NCBI GenBank assembly: GCA_963728405.1
Contig: CAVSJV010000005.1
Location: forward strand, 192,001-256,000
Direction of reading: 5' to 3'
Source of the DNA: Methanomassiliicoccaceae archaeon
Lineage (GTDB): Archaea; Thermoplasmatota; Thermoplasmata; Methanomassiliicoccales; Methanomassiliicoccaceae
DNA: 64,000 nucleotides
Shown here: positions 41,004-52,870 of the stretch, one piece after another
Numbering within the stretch: position 1 is the stretch's first letter
How the letters are laid out: the number at the start of each line of letters is the position of its first letter
Notes under the pieces: generated by a model
Database searches by the model: none
What the model saw: only the letters and a program-made list of their open reading frames with translations
What the model was told of the DNA's origin: nothing
Program-made: the position numbers and the translations under genes

Positions 41004-41995
41004 GTCGTCCTGCCCACGGCGAAATCCATCAGTCCGCTTAGGAACTCCCTCTCCTTGCTGGGCGGGAGGCATTCCAGCTCCTTTTTGGCCTTCTCGGCAT
41101 AATCCGCGGCGGTCTGGCGGGCATGGTCTATGGCCCCGCAGTCCTGCAGGGCGTTGATGGCCGCTTCGATCTCTTCAGAGGTGGCCTTGGCGTTGCCCAG
41201 CGCTTTCAGCAGGGTCTTGCGCCGGGGGTCCGATCCATCGAGGCTGTGGAGCGCATGGAGCACGATCAGTGTCCGCTTGCCGTTGCGGATGTCGTTGCCG
41301 ACCGGTTTCCCTAGCGTCTTCTCGTCGCCGGTGAGGGCCAGAATATCGTCCCATACCTGGAAGCCCATGCCCAGCAGGCGGGCGTATTCCTTCATGCTGG
41401 TGATCTGCTCTTCGGTCCCGCCGGCGATGAGCGTGCCGCCCTCCGCCGCGCACTCGAACAGCACGGCGGTCTTCTTGTAGATCATGCTCATGTAATCGTC
41501 CATGGCCAGTTGGGCCGCGGGGATCTTTTCGAAGTCCATGTCCTCCTGCTGCCCTTCCGCGATGAGCCAGACGGTGTGGGCCGTGATCTTGAGGAGACGC
41601 TTCATTTGCTGAGGCGACACATCGCTCTCGGACAATACCTCGAAGGCGCGGGCGAACAGAGCGTCGCCGGCGATGATGGCGGTGGGTATGTCGAACAGCA
41701 CGTGCACTGCCGGCCGTCCCCGCCGCATCGAATCGTTGTCCATAACATCATCATGGACCAGGGTGAAGTTGTGAATGATCTCGAGCGAACAGGCGAACGG
41801 TATGGCCCTCTCTCCGGCCTTTCCCACCGCCTGCGCCACGACCTCCGCCAGTACCGGCCGTAGGCGTTTTCCGCCCGCGCTCGGATAATGCCTGACGGCC
41901 ATCATCAGCTTCTTATCATCGTCCCCCGCAAGGTACGACATGACCTGCCCATCTACAACTTTAGCTCGCTTGGTGATCTCTTTCAGGACATCCAT
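41000..41995 (-). CDS. idsA: Geranylgeranyl diphosphate synthase
   Basis: GGKRLRP, HNFTLVHDDVMD, RRG, GQ, KTA, FQVWDDIL. Confidence 0.92.
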   Translation of the reverse strand: MDVLKEITKRAKVVDGQVMSYLAGDDDKKLMMAVRHYPSAGGKRLRPVLAEVVAQAVGKAGERAIPFACSLEIIHNFTLVHDDVMDNDSMRRGRPAVHVLFDIPTAIIAGDALFARAFEVLSESDVSPQQMKRLLKITAHTVWLIAEGQQEDMDFEKIPAAQLAMDDYMSMIYKKTAVLFECAAEGGTLIAGGTEEQITSMKEYARLLGMGFQVWDDILALTGDEKTLGKPVGNDIRNGKRTLIVLHALHSLDGSDPRRKTLLKALGNAKATSEEIEAAINALQDCGAIDHARQTAADYAEKAKKELECLPPSKEREFLSGLMDFAVGRTT

Positions 41996-43059
41996 TGCCC
42001 ACCCTCCTGGTCGAACCATGCCCACTCCCTGGTGGAACTGGTAAGAATGTAATCTCTGGTCCCCAGCTCCCGGACGTTTGCCGCTCCGGTCAGGAACATG
42101 GCGATCCGAAGCTCCTCGATCATCAGACCGAGACGCTCCTCCACTGCCTTCGAGGACTCCATCGCCTCTTTGAGGACCGCTCGCGCGGTCCCGGCGCACT
42201 CGGCGCCCACCACGATGCTCTTGGCCGCCTGGAGGCCATTGACGATGCCCCCACTGGCAATGATCGGCAGGCCCACATCGGCCCACAGCACGGAAATGGG
42301 CGCCGGTATGCCCCACTCCCCGAACGTCTCGCCGATCCGCTCGCATCTCCGGTCCCCCATGTTCTTCGCCCTTGCTCCTTCCACCTTGGCGAAGCTGGTG
42401 CCCCCCGATCCGGAAACGTCGAGACCGCGCACCCCGATGCCCTTGAGACGCATCGCCACCGGCCGGGAGATGCCTGCCCCGGTCTCCTTGACGATGATGG
42501 GCAGCTCGCGAGAGAGCGAACGTATGCCGTCATAGCAACCCTTGGCCCTCGTGTCTCCTTCCGGTTGAGCGATCTCCTGCAGGAAGTTCAGATGGATGGC
42601 CAGGAGGTCGGCCCCGATCATGTCCATGGCCTCGCGGGCGTCCTCCGGACCGAAGGCGCGCTTGCGCTTCTGGGAAATGAGCTGAGGAGCGCCGATGTTG
42701 CCGACCTTTAGCGGAACGTCGAACTCCTTGATGATCTCGTAGCTCTTGCGGTCGCCCTTCTCCAGGGCGGCCCGTTGGCTGCCGACCCCCAGACCGATTC
42801 CCAGGTTCGCGCACGCCTCCGCCAGATTGCTGTTGATCTTCTCCGCTTTGGCATAGCCGCCGGTGATGGCCGTGACCATCAGGGGGCAGGCGAGCTTCCG
42901 GCCGAACAGCTCCGTGGAGGTATCTACGTCGTCCAGGTCGATCTCGGGCAGAGCGTCATGGACCAGCTTGACGTCGTCCCAGTAGTCATGGCAGGATGTC
43001 ACGTCCTCTTCCAAGGTTACCTGGATGTGGTCGGCCTTACGCTGCTCAATGCCCTTCAT
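41983..43059 (-). CDS. fni: Type 2 isopentenyl-diphosphate delta-isomerase
   Basis: RKADHI, AITGG, GSQR, HLNFLQE..PEGD, VKETGAG, GGTSF. Confidence 0.95.
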   Translation of the reverse strand: MKGIEQRKADHIQVTLEEDVTSCHDYWDDVKLVHDALPEIDLDDVDTSTELFGRKLACPLMVTAITGGYAKAEKINSNLAEACANLGIGLGVGSQRAALEKGDRKSYEIIKEFDVPLKVGNIGAPQLISQKRKRAFGPEDAREAMDMIGADLLAIHLNFLQEIAQPEGDTRAKGCYDGIRSLSRELPIIVKETGAGISRPVAMRLKGIGVRGLDVSGSGGTSFAKVEGARAKNMGDRRCERIGETFGEWGIPAPISVLWADVGLPIIASGGIVNGLQAAKSIVVGAECAGTARAVLKEAMESSKAVEERLGLMIEELRIAMFLTGAANVRELGTRDYILTSSTREWAWFDQEGGQWMS

Positions 43060-43835
43060 CGCTCATCACCCACTACTTTCGAGCCGATTACTTTTTCGCC
43101 CCGCAGGGCCGAGGCAAGACGGCCGGGTTTGAGACCATTAATTACGATCGCCTCTCCGCCGTACGAGGTTATCCTCATCATGGTCTCGATCTTGGCGAAG
43201 ATGCTGCCGGTGACGTCCGCGCACCGCTGGGTCCGCGGGAGCACATCCAGGGCGGAACGGTCCACCACCTCGATGAGCTGGGCCTCTGGATCACAGTTGG
43301 GGTCCTCGGTGAACACCCCATCGACATCTGCGCAAAAGATGATGCGCTCGGGAGCGAACTCCCTCGCCAGCGCTTCCATCAGCTGGTCCCCGGAACAGAT
43401 GCCGAACCGCCTCTCGCGGTCCAGAGCGACGTCCCCGAAGGTGACCGGGGCGATGCCCAGCTCCCGATAGTGTCGAAAGATCGAGAGGTCGATGCAGGCC
43501 AGCTCTCCGTTCGACAGCTCCGCCACCGCCGAGGGAGGGATGGAGACGGACGGGACGCCCGCGGCGTTCAATGCTGCGATGACCGCCAGGTTCAAGGTCC
43601 TGACGTCCTCCATGACCCGGGCCATGGCGGAGATCTGGGAATCGTTGCGGTAACCTTTCTGCAGCTGGTGCTCGGCGGCGATCACATGGCCGAAAGAACC
43701 GGCACCGTGGACCACTATTGCCGCTTGCCCGGAATCGGCGATCTCTTTGGCCAACCGGTGGACCGTCTCGTCTCGCAGCGTCCGGTAGCTCATCTTGTCG
43801 GTTATGACACTGCCGCCCAGCTTGACCAGCATCAT
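43056..43835 (-). CDS. ipk: Isopentenyl phosphate kinase
   Basis: KLGGSVITDK, VHGAGSFGH, SGDQ, DVTG. Confidence 0.93.
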   Translation of the reverse strand: MMLVKLGGSVITDKMSYRTLRDETVHRLAKEIADSGQAAIVVHGAGSFGHVIAAEHQLQKGYRNDSQISAMARVMEDVRTLNLAVIAALNAAGVPSVSIPPSAVAELSNGELACIDLSIFRHYRELGIAPVTFGDVALDRERRFGICSGDQLMEALAREFAPERIIFCADVDGVFTEDPNCDPEAQLIEVVDRSALDVLPRTQRCADVTGSIFAKIETMMRITSYGGEAIVINGLKPGRLASALRGEKVIGSKVVGDER

Positions 43836-43940
43836 GGTGAACGCTCGGAACATGAGCCGAGCCGTATAAAAAAGTGACAGTTATGGGGCAGCGATCGTCG
43901 AGGCCCATCCAATGTTATCTCGGAGCCCGACACGGATGCC

Positions 43941-44756
43941 TCAGATCTTCGCTCCACACTTACGACAGAAGACATCCTCCACGGATGCTTCACGGGAGCA
44001 GTTCGGGCAGGTCCTGGCCTCCTTCCTGGTGCCGCAGGCATGGCAGAACTCGTCGTCGGGACCAAGGTCGGCCCCGCATTTACGGCAGCTCTCAGAAACC
44101 GTGCTCGAAGGCACCTTCGGCGTTTCGCCGATGACCGTGACCGCCTTAGCACTCTCTGCTTTTTGGCCGCAGGTCAGCGCCCTCTTGGCCTTCATGGCCT
44201 GCTTCAGCGCTTCGTTGTAGTCCTCACCGTCAAAACTGGCCTGGGCGAGGTCCAGGGATCGCTGCGCTTCCTCCCTCGTCTCTGCTCGGGCCTCGGGGAT
44301 CAGGTCGCGGACGGTATCGATGACGAACTTGGATTCCAGATAGTTGGCGGGCAGCTTGCGTATGGCATGGGCGGGAACTTCCTTGCTCCCCTCGCATTCC
44401 TTATCCGCACTGGGTGGAGGAACGGGAAGGGTCAACAGGTCCTTCTCCTTGCAGTTGCGCAGGACGGTCTTGGCCCGCGTGGCCAGATCGATACTGTTTG
44501 TGAACTCGTGGCGTTCGTAGGCGCTCTCGGCCTGGTAAATGAGCACGTCCGCCTCGGTAGTGTCCCTTCCCGCTGCGCGCAGGGAGGTCGCCACGGCCTT
44601 GGTGGTAGCGACCGCATTGTATGCATCGTCCATCTCCAACGCGCCATCGAGCTTCACCGCCTTCTTTGAACGGATGTAACGAAGCTGAATGTAGGCGACG
44701 GCGGCTACGATAATAACGGCCAAGATGAGAATTATCGTCTCAGGGGGTAAGTCCAT
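43941..44756 (-). CDS. Membrane-anchored protein with C-terminal double zinc ribbon
   Basis: N-terminal TM; CRKCG..FCHACG..CPNC..FCRKCG. Confidence 0.82.
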   Translation of the reverse strand: MDLPPETIILILAVIIVAAVAYIQLRYIRSKKAVKLDGALEMDDAYNAVATTKAVATSLRAAGRDTTEADVLIYQAESAYERHEFTNSIDLATRAKTVLRNCKEKDLLTLPVPPPSADKECEGSKEVPAHAIRKLPANYLESKFVIDTVRDLIPEARAETREEAQRSLDLAQASFDGEDYNEALKQAMKAKRALTCGQKAESAKAVTVIGETPKVPSSTVSESCRKCGADLGPDDEFCHACGTRKEARTCPNCSREASVEDVFCRKCGAKI

Positions 44757-44791
44757 ACTTGCACCGGCTAGTCGAGTAACCGTCACCTAGC

Positions 44792-44974
44792 TTGACACTC
44801 CCACGAATGAAGTTCGTGGGATTCTGAGGCCACCGTCGTTCACGGCGTTGCCTCCTGGGGCGTATCAATGCGGCCCTTGCACCAATCTCTGTCTTGGTGC
44901 AATCGACACATGCCTTCTTCCAAGGAAGGACGCAACGCGATATTGAACGACGCGTTGGCGTCAGCGTGGTCAAC
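44792..44974 (-). mobile_element. IS200/IS605-family remnant: TnpB C-terminal fragment plus right-end hairpin (omega-RNA-sized)
   Basis: Minus-strand translation 44974-44840 gives VDHADANASFNIALRP...DTPQEATP* (TnpB RuvC-III motif), followed by GAATCCCACGAACTTCATTCGTGGGAGTGTCAA, a typical IS605 right end. Confidence 0.85.
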
Positions 44975-45190
44975 TGCCTGGTCGTCCCTAAGGACAAACC
45001 TACGCAGTTAATGTCAGAACTTGCACGCCCATTGAATTGCGGCAGTATAGTGACTAACGGAGGATTACCCTGAGAATACATAAAGGATTTGACTCCAGTC
45101 AGTCTACAATTAATAAATTGTGGTTTTCTTGCTCCACGGGTTAGTAGAAGTTTTTCGATACGTGTAGCATTGAACAAGAGAGATAAAAAG

Positions 45191-45315
45191 TGGCTGACAG
45201 CGCTCCATGGTTCCCGCGGGCTCGCGCACCGCAGTACAGCATGGAACGTTGGCGGGCTTAACTTCCGGGTTCGAATGGGACCGGGTGTATCCCCGCCGCT
45301 ATGGCCGTCACACCA
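45191..45315 (-). rRNA. rrf: 5S rRNA (stand-alone)
   Basis: Reverse complement ...GACGGCCATAGCGGCGGGGATACACCCGGTCCCATTCGAACCCGGAAGTTAAGCCCGCC...GCTGTC. Confidence 0.95.
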
Positions 45316-45378
45316 ACCCTCACAATAGAGAACATGTATATAAGCATTTCTCTCCGAGGCCCCTGCCATTCTCGCTGC

Positions 45379-46108
45379 CTAGAGCATAACGAATATCGCG
45401 CAGGCGAGCAGGCTGCTGATGGCCATGGAGAGCATGTTGACGTGCAGCTTGTTCACCAGACCTCTCCGTTCCAAGGTCGCACCGATGAGGCTATCGATCA
45501 TGCATCCGGCCACCCCCATGACGACGGGGATGAGGATCAAGGGGTTGAACAGCTGTTGCTGGATGATGATCCAACCGATGTAGGAGGCGAAGGCCGAGGC
45601 CACTATGCACGCCAGTGTGCCCACGCCAGATATCCCGCCGTCCGTTCCCGGCGGTACACGTTTGCCGGTGGTTATCAGATAGGTGCGATCGGAGAGAACG
45701 CCCAGCTCGCTGGCGGTGGTATCCGACGCGGCCACCGCCACTGCCGTGATGTACGCTATGGCGGCCAGGGTGGAGTCCTGGGCGCCCAGGAGATAGGTGA
45801 TGACCGCTACGAGGACCGGCACGAGGCCGTTGGCCAATACGTTCCGGTATGTTCTCTCTCCTTTCTTCCCTTCCTGGACTCCTTTCTTCTCCTTCATCTG
45901 GAAGCGGAACTTGGTGACGAAGAACCCCAGGAAACGTGAAGACAATGAGGGTAAGGAGCCAGCCGACCGAACCCAGCAAGCCGATAACCATCCCTACGAT
46001 GAACGAGGCCAAGGCGCCGCTCATCGTGAGCAGTCCGAACCGGTACGAGAGCACCGAGAGCGCCGCGCATAACACGAGCACGATGGCCAGGCTCTCCAGG
46101 CTTAGCAT
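45379..46108 (-). CDS. DUF92 (TIGR00297) membrane protein; frameshift near 45935
   Basis: RTYRNVLANG, ASDTTASELG, VPPGTDGGIS, DSLIGATLE. Confidence 0.88.
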
Positions 46109-46180
46109 GGGGGTAAAACAGGATGGCTAAATATTAATGTTGGGTGCCTTTTCCGACGCCAGATGTTGCTGAGATAGGTT

Positions 46181-49100
46181 CTACTGGCCATCTTTCCTGA
46201 TCTCATCGGCCAGGTCTGCCAGCTCGCTCGTCCCTGCCAAGGTCAATGAGGCGCCGCAGTTGGGGCACTTGGTCGAGTCCAGCCCGACGGTGGCATCGCA
46301 TACCGGGCACTCGATCGTCTCGGCTGGGGGACCTGGAACTTCTGGCTCGTTCTCCTCCTTTATGGGAATGATGTCCTTGATACTGCCCTTCAACAGGGGC
46401 CCGGCCCGATCCTTGATCCCCCGGACCTTGTCCAGGTCGCCGTCCCAGTCATGCAGGGCATCGTGGAAATCGGATTCCGCCTGGAATATGGTATCCCTCA
46501 TGCGCTGGGGCACCTTCCCCTCGCGCGTGCCGTGGAGAATCACTGCCAAGTAGATATGGTCGCCCTTCTCCACTAGGACCTTCTTCTCCCCGAAGTCCAT
46601 ACGGTTCAGGCCGGTGGAGGCCTCGTCCTTGAACGAATCACGTACGAAGTTCTGGATCGCCACCAACATGCTGCCCAGGATCTGGTCGTCCATGCCCGGC
46701 TTGAGCCTGCGGGTCTGGTGGGCGATCAGGTTGCCGTCCTCGTAGATGAAGAAGACCTCGTCGACGACCATCTTGAGGGCGCGGAAGTAGAGCAAGCAGA
46801 GTAGCGCGAAATAGTAGCCAAGGCCACTGCCAGGAGGTAGATCCAGGTGTCGCCGGCCGCTCCAGACGGAAATGGTCAGTGGCGTGGAGACGGAGCGTTG
46901 TGTCCTCCAGCGTCCTCGGCCCAATTGAAAGGTCAGCGGACCGGTGAAGTTGAGCGCCGTATGGTGGCCAATGAGGTATCGGTACCGGATATCCGACTCA
47001 TGACCATCGAATAGCTCTCGATTGTCTCCATCAAAGTAGAGGAGTGACTCTGACTATAGTGGACACATCGGTTACGTTGACGGTCACCATCAGATCGTCC
47101 CCGCGATAGGCCTTGGTCAGTACAGCAGCGGTGTCCAGTTCGATGTTCCGGGCCTTCGTTATCCACCAGTACAATGTGTCGGGCTTCCCACCATCCCCCC
47201 TGGTCGCGGACCTCCAAGGCTCACGGAGTAGCTGCCGTCTAGCGGTGTAGTTCTTCCAGGCGTTCTTGCTCGAGGACCACTCGGTCCAGCCGTTCCCTTC
47301 AGCGAAAGTTCCATCTGAACAGAAGCGATGAATTGTCGCTACGGTGTCCCAGCTACTTACTGGCGTCGAAGCTGTAGTTGCCGGGTTGAACTCCAGGGCG
47401 GTGACCGACGCCACTGGCTTCACGTTCTGGACCACCATGGTAAGAATCCGCTCGTTGAAGGAGTTCGGATCGTTTTCGAATCGTAGACCCTAACACAGAC
47501 TACATATTGCTTGGACGCGTGGTACGACCAGGAGGTCTGGTTAATCGAGATCCCTGAGGCCTCGACGAAGACCCTGACGGCATCGTAGTCAAAGTCCCAG
47601 GCGAACTTGGTGATGGGTACACGGGGAGCCTGCTGGGCCGAGATCTGGAAGCTGATCTGCTCGTCCATGTTGAAGGTGATTTTTCCTCCGTCCGCGATAA
47701 TTTCGTCCACGGTGGGCGAGGTCGGCTGAACAACAATGGTGCGGCTGGTCTTCGACACGACCCCGTCCAGGTCGGTCACTGTCAGGTTGACCAGGTAGGT
47801 CCCCGAGTCCATGTAGCTGCAGGTGACGTTCTTGGTGATGAATGTCCGACCATCACCCAGCTCCCAGAACAAGGAGGATACCCCATCGTAGGAGTATGAC
47901 ATATCGGTGAGGATGATGGTCTCCCCCTCCACGGGGTTCAGTTTGGACGGGGTGAACGAAGCGGTTGGCGGGGTGTCCCTCACAACGATGGTAACGTTAG
48001 CGACCGCCTGGTCACCGTCCGAATCGGTGATGGTGAGTGTGACATTATATGCGCCCTTGATGGGGAACCAGTGGATGGCGTCCTCGCTCGGGTCCGGCTG
48101 GCTGCCATCGTCAAAGTTCCAAGAGTACGAGGTTATGGTGTCTGGAGATGAGTACGAATCATCATAGAACGAGACCGTGTCGTTCTCGTCGATCGCAGAG
48201 GCGGAAACCCTGATGCCGGCGGTCGGGGACAGGTCGGCCACATGGACGTACTGGGAGGCGTTGTCAAATTTTCCGTCAGTGTCGGTGATGTTCAGCCACA
48301 CCCGATAAGTGCCGTCCTGGGCGTACTTGTAGGTAGTGTTCTGGGTGTAGGCATAGTTGCCATGGCCGAAGTCCCACCTCCAGGTTATCGCGTCATAGTG
48401 GATCGAGGTATCGTTGAACCATACGGTGTTGTTCTCCGGACCATTGTCCGGTACGAAGGTGAACGAGGCCACTGGGGCGATGTCGGCGACCACGACCTGG
48501 AAATAAGTGAAGTTGGTGAGCCCGCCGCGGTCGGTGACCCTCAGGTAGCCATCATAGGTCCCGCTCTTCGCAAAAAGGTACTGCCCGCTCTTGAGCGTCG
48601 ATGTGCCGCCCTGTTCGAAGAACCAGTAGTATTGGAGCGAATCCCGGTCGGAGATCGAGTCAGTGGAATTCGATGCATCATACCTTATCGAGTTTCCCTC
48701 GGTGAGCGTAAGGGTCGAGAGCCACCTGTCCGCTTTCGGTACCAAGTTATGCTGCAACCAGTAGCTAATGGCTGAGGATGCGGACGATGACGCTATGAAA
48801 TCATCCCGTCCGTCACCGTTGACGTCCCCCGCGAATGAACCGTTGGCTGGCCCCCCTGTGGTCATGTTGATCGGATTGACGAAGCCGGAGGCCCCCTTGC
48901 TAAGGAACAGTGCGATTTCAGGTCTTCCAGAGTAGCTGATCAAGAGGTCCGTCAAACCATCGTCATTGAGGTCTGCTGAACGCACCTGGTTTCCTGTGCC
49001 AGCGAGAGGGAAGGAGCTCGAAGGTGGAGTGTTGATATAGAATCCGATCTCGCTGTTCGTGAATATATAGGCCGAATTGGAGGAGGATGTCACGGCGATA

Positions 49101-51037
49101 TCGTCCCTGCCGTCGCAATTGAAATCACCACTGGCCATCGAAATCGGCGTTCGGGAGACCATATTGAGCCAGCGTTCGGTCCATGTTGGAAGCAGCTTCC
49201 AATGGACTCGCTAGCGTTCTTGTAGAAAACCTCTACTTGACCCGTTCCTAGATTCAATGCGGCAATATCTCCACCTTGATCCTAGTGGATTGAAGTTGCC
49301 AAGGATTACTTCGGTCCTGTCACCTGGTGAAGCGAGCCCAAGCACTTCATGGACCGGGTTGGAAAAAGCATCGTAGATGATTTCGACCCCATTCCTGCAA
49401 CCGATCACCAGTACTGTCTGGTCTATGTCTTGGACCCATCCTCCGGTGATCGACCATGGCTCCCCCGTGTGTAGGTCGATGTTGAAATCCGGCGCGGTTC
49501 GGGTCATGAAATCCGGCCCACCACGATAGATACTGATGCTGCTGCTCAATCGGTTTATCACAGCGAGGTCGCCGATGCCATCCCTATCCAAGTCGCCAAT
49601 GAAGAGTCCGCATGGTCCGTTTTGTGTGGTCAGCGTAGTGGCAATTGTGCCGGCAAGGTCGGTGACACGAACGGCATTTTGGTCTTGGATGATGGATGCA
49701 ATCACAGCAACGGAGACGTTGCCCGCCACTATGCCGGATGGTTTGCCGTTTTGGAAGATGCTCTTATCCGCATTTCCTATACCATTTGAACTATACTGGA
49801 AGAATTCAAGGGCAGTAGGAACTCCCCCACCCCCTGCAGAGAGGACATAAATGCCCTTCATTACCGTCCCTGAATCGATAGTGATTGTCCGGACGGGCGC
49901 CTTGTTCACCGGAAATCTAGAGTAGATGTTCTGGTCCAGAATGCCTGATTGACGAGGATAAATCTTGCAATCATTGTTCTGGGACGATATGATTACCAGA
50001 TCTGGAAGACTGCTGCCGCTCAATCTACCGAAGCTCATCGAGCATAATCCGGTAGCACCTAGAACCAACCGGGTAGCTGCGTTGGGAACTGTCGATCCTG
50101 TGTTGTTCCTTATCTCCACGCGGTCGTAGGCCGCATTGGCAATCGCAAGGTCTCTGATGCCACTGCCGGTATTGTTGATCATCCGAAGATCGACGATCGC
50201 CCCTCCCACATTGATCGTGCCATAGTTGCTCCAGGCCGAAGTGAGGGTACCCGCAGGCGAAGGTTGCACGAGCAAGGTCACATTTGGACCGTTGAAATCT
50301 CCAACTACGAGATCCTGTAAGCCGTCCGAATTAATGTAGCCGGCCGTTATAAGTTGGGGGTTGTTCTGATTTGTGAGCCCTATGATGGCCTTCGTGCCAG
50401 CACCGAAGAACGGCGATTTTACCAAGACCACAGATGAGAAGAACCCCAGGTCTCTGTCCCCTCCGCATACGACAGCGATATCGTTGGTGATGGAATTGTC
50501 AAAGTGGCCGATCACGACCTGATACGGATTTGGTATGATGATGTTCACATCAACCAGTAAGTTGAAGTCATTGCTCTGGTTGAAGATCGAGACGATGGGG
50601 TTGCCAAGGTTGTCAGTATAGGAAGCTGCGATGTCGTCCTTGCCATCGTTCGTAAGGTCTCCGATGGCGATACGGACCAAATTCGACATACCGATTTTTG
50701 ATATTATTCTCGGGGTCACCTGTAAATGACCATCGGAGGAACCGAAGTAGATGAAAATGTTCGTTCGGTTCGCCACCACCACATCGGTCAATGAGTCATG
50801 GTTGAGGTCGCCGAGTGCCATGTCCCGCACCTCAGCGGGCATGGGATATGAGATCGAGTGGTTCGAGAAGATCGTTCCCTGTTCGAATATGGTCGATTGA
50901 TCGTACTGTGGGGCCTCTGATGCAATATCATCTTTATGATCTGGTAGGTCAGGCATTACGCTCTGGGCCATTAGGAGCAGTGCTAACGCTAGTATGGACA
51001 GCAACCACGCTAAACCACTGGCTCTTCTCATCCGCAT
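46181..51037 (-). CDS. Giant surface protein: signal peptide, FG-GAP repeats, PKD repeats, TM, cytoplasmic longin/roadblock-like domain and zinc ribbon; broken by several frameshifts
   Basis: ORFs 49211-51037 (GDLNHDSLTD, GDLTNDGKDD, GDLDRDGIGD), 47420-49162 (GDFNCDGRDD, WDFG, WNFDDG), 47031-47438 and 46181-46924 (VDEVFFIYEDGNLIAH...GSMLVAIQNFVRDSF; CPVC/CPNC). Confidence 0.75.
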
Positions 51038-51227
51038 CCCAAGACGGCCAGATGGAAAGCGGCGAGTGTGTATATAATCCTAATCAGGATAATTCAACGT
51101 CTAAATAAAAAATAAGAGATCGACACATCTGGATATACTAAAACGGTCTTAATAAAATCAACGCGGATAATTGGAGACCAAGCCCTATATATCTGCCTCC
51201 CAGTAGCATTCTACAGGATGGGATGCA

Positions 51228-51617
51228 ATGTATTTCGATATAGCTCAGTTGACCTGTGATGTGGACAGCAGGCGCATTCTGTCTTCCATAGACAGAAAAC
51301 CAAGATCGGCCAAGGAGATCGCTCAGACCTGCCATATGTCCATCTCCCGGTGCTACCGCATGATAAGGGAGATGGAGGACTACCGGATCCTACGACGGGC
51401 CGAGGTGGACGGGCGCGAGGCCTCGTATATCTCGAACCTGCGCTCCATCGAGCTCAGCCTGGAGGACGACCATATCTTCCTTACCGTCGACTACCGGGAT
51501 GGAACCAGGACCGAGCTTCGGCTGGGTCCAGAGGACCTTGAGAGGGCCGCCCCGGCCTCTTTACCTCAAGGTCTTCTGGCGACCAATGATTCCAGCGAGC
51601 CTTCCACTGCCTCGTAG
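51228..51617 (+). CDS. ArsR/wHTH transcriptional regulator, divergent from the surface protein
   Basis: SRRILSSI..PRSAKEIA..ISRCYRMI. Confidence 0.8.
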   Translation: MYFDIAQLTCDVDSRRILSSIDRKPRSAKEIAQTCHMSISRCYRMIREMEDYRILRRAEVDGREASYISNLRSIELSLEDDHIFLTVDYRDGTRTELRLGPEDLERAAPASLPQGLLATNDSSEPSTAS

Positions 51618-51865
51618 ATCAGGTCGGCCGCCGAGGCAGCCCCCTCCTTGGACTCGATCCGAGAGATGAGCATGCGCCCACTGGTGTACAGGGTTATCTC
51701 AAAGTCGGCGGATCTGGCGATGAGCATGGGTCCCTGCATGGTGGTCTGGTAACCCTTCTGTTCTAGTAGTTCGGCAGCTTTGTTCAGGTCGTACCGCACG
51801 CTCTCGCTCGGAACCACGGACATGGCATCCTGTTTGCACAACCGGACCAGCTTGAACTTCACCAT
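51566..51865 (-). CDS. Hypothetical protein (TBP-like alpha/beta fold possible)
   Basis: 99-aa ORF coupled to the upstream kinase; EITLYTSGRMLI. Confidence 0.65.
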   Translation of the reverse strand: MVKFKLVRLCKQDAMSVVPSESVRYDLNKAAELLEQKGYQTTMQGPMLIARSADFEITLYTSGRMLISRIESKEGAASAADLIYEAVEGSLESLVARRP

Positions 51866-52394
51866 GCCCGGTCCAGCTCCTCTTTCGCCTTCGCGTGGAA
51901 CTCCTCCAGCGAGCTCTCATTGACGATCATCACATCGGCCAGGGCGATCAACGCTCCTAGGCCCCAGCCCAGCTCGCGTTCGTCCCTTTCCTTGAACTCT
52001 TGCCAGGTGTGGGGGGCGTCGTAACGGCCCCTGCTCCGCAGCCGGTCGAATCGGCGCTCTGGGGAAGTGTGGACGGCCACCAGTCTAACGCCCTTGCCAA
52101 GGGCAGATCGGAAAAGCTCGATCTCCGCCACGCTCCTGGAGCCATCGATGACGACATTTCCTTTCCCAAGAAGAGGGAGACAACGTTCGGCCCAGATCCC
52201 GGACCGTGGGCCTGCCGTTCCGAACTGGCGAACCCACCGACCCCCCGGTCGTCCATGGCCACCTTGCGCTTCTCCGCTTCCAGCCGAACCACATCGCCCA
52301 TTCGGATGACGGAGTAACCGTCCTGCTGGGCCACCTTGACGAACTCTTCCTTGCCCGCTCCGGGCATTCCGGTCAGGACGAAGACCTTGGACAT
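51859..52394 (-). CDS. Archaeal dephospho-CoA-kinase-like P-loop protein (UPF0200); frameshift near 52200
   Basis: TGMPGAGKEEF, MGDVVR; second frame VVIDGSRS, RGRYD, RDERELGWG. Confidence 0.8.
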
Positions 52395-52870
52395 GTGAAC
52401 CGCTCTTTTCCTCAAAGGGCCAATACCTGCTTATTACAAATCGATATCGCAAGAAGGCTCACGATCTCGATCGTTGGATGAATCGGGACAAATGCCGAAT
52501 GATGTTGCAAATAGGGCATCATTGCTGACAATGTCCGCTCCCTCATCGCTGTGAGCCCGCTCCTTCTTCAGCTCCGCAGCTCGTAACCTGTCTGTGATCA
52601 TCGCCCTAAAAATATCGACTTCGTCTGAGGGCCAAAAACATGCTCCTGGCCTTTAACATAAGCATTGGAGAGATTTTAGTGTCGAGCTTTCGAAGGCCAG
52701 AGGGTAGCAGCATTCGCCTCAACTTTGATGTGTACGGTCGAGGGTATCTGCACCTTCCATCGGACCTGGTTGGCGGCCTTGGTTCTTTGACGAATGGATT
52801 TATAATCATGCTATCGCTATCTACCTTCGTCCTAGGGAATTCCTAGTGTTAATGTCGTGGAGGAAAGTCA

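Noticed and set aside
44740-45369. 209-aa ORF on the minus strand
   Set aside because: Runs through the 5S rRNA and the IS remnant in a non-TnpB frame; spurious.
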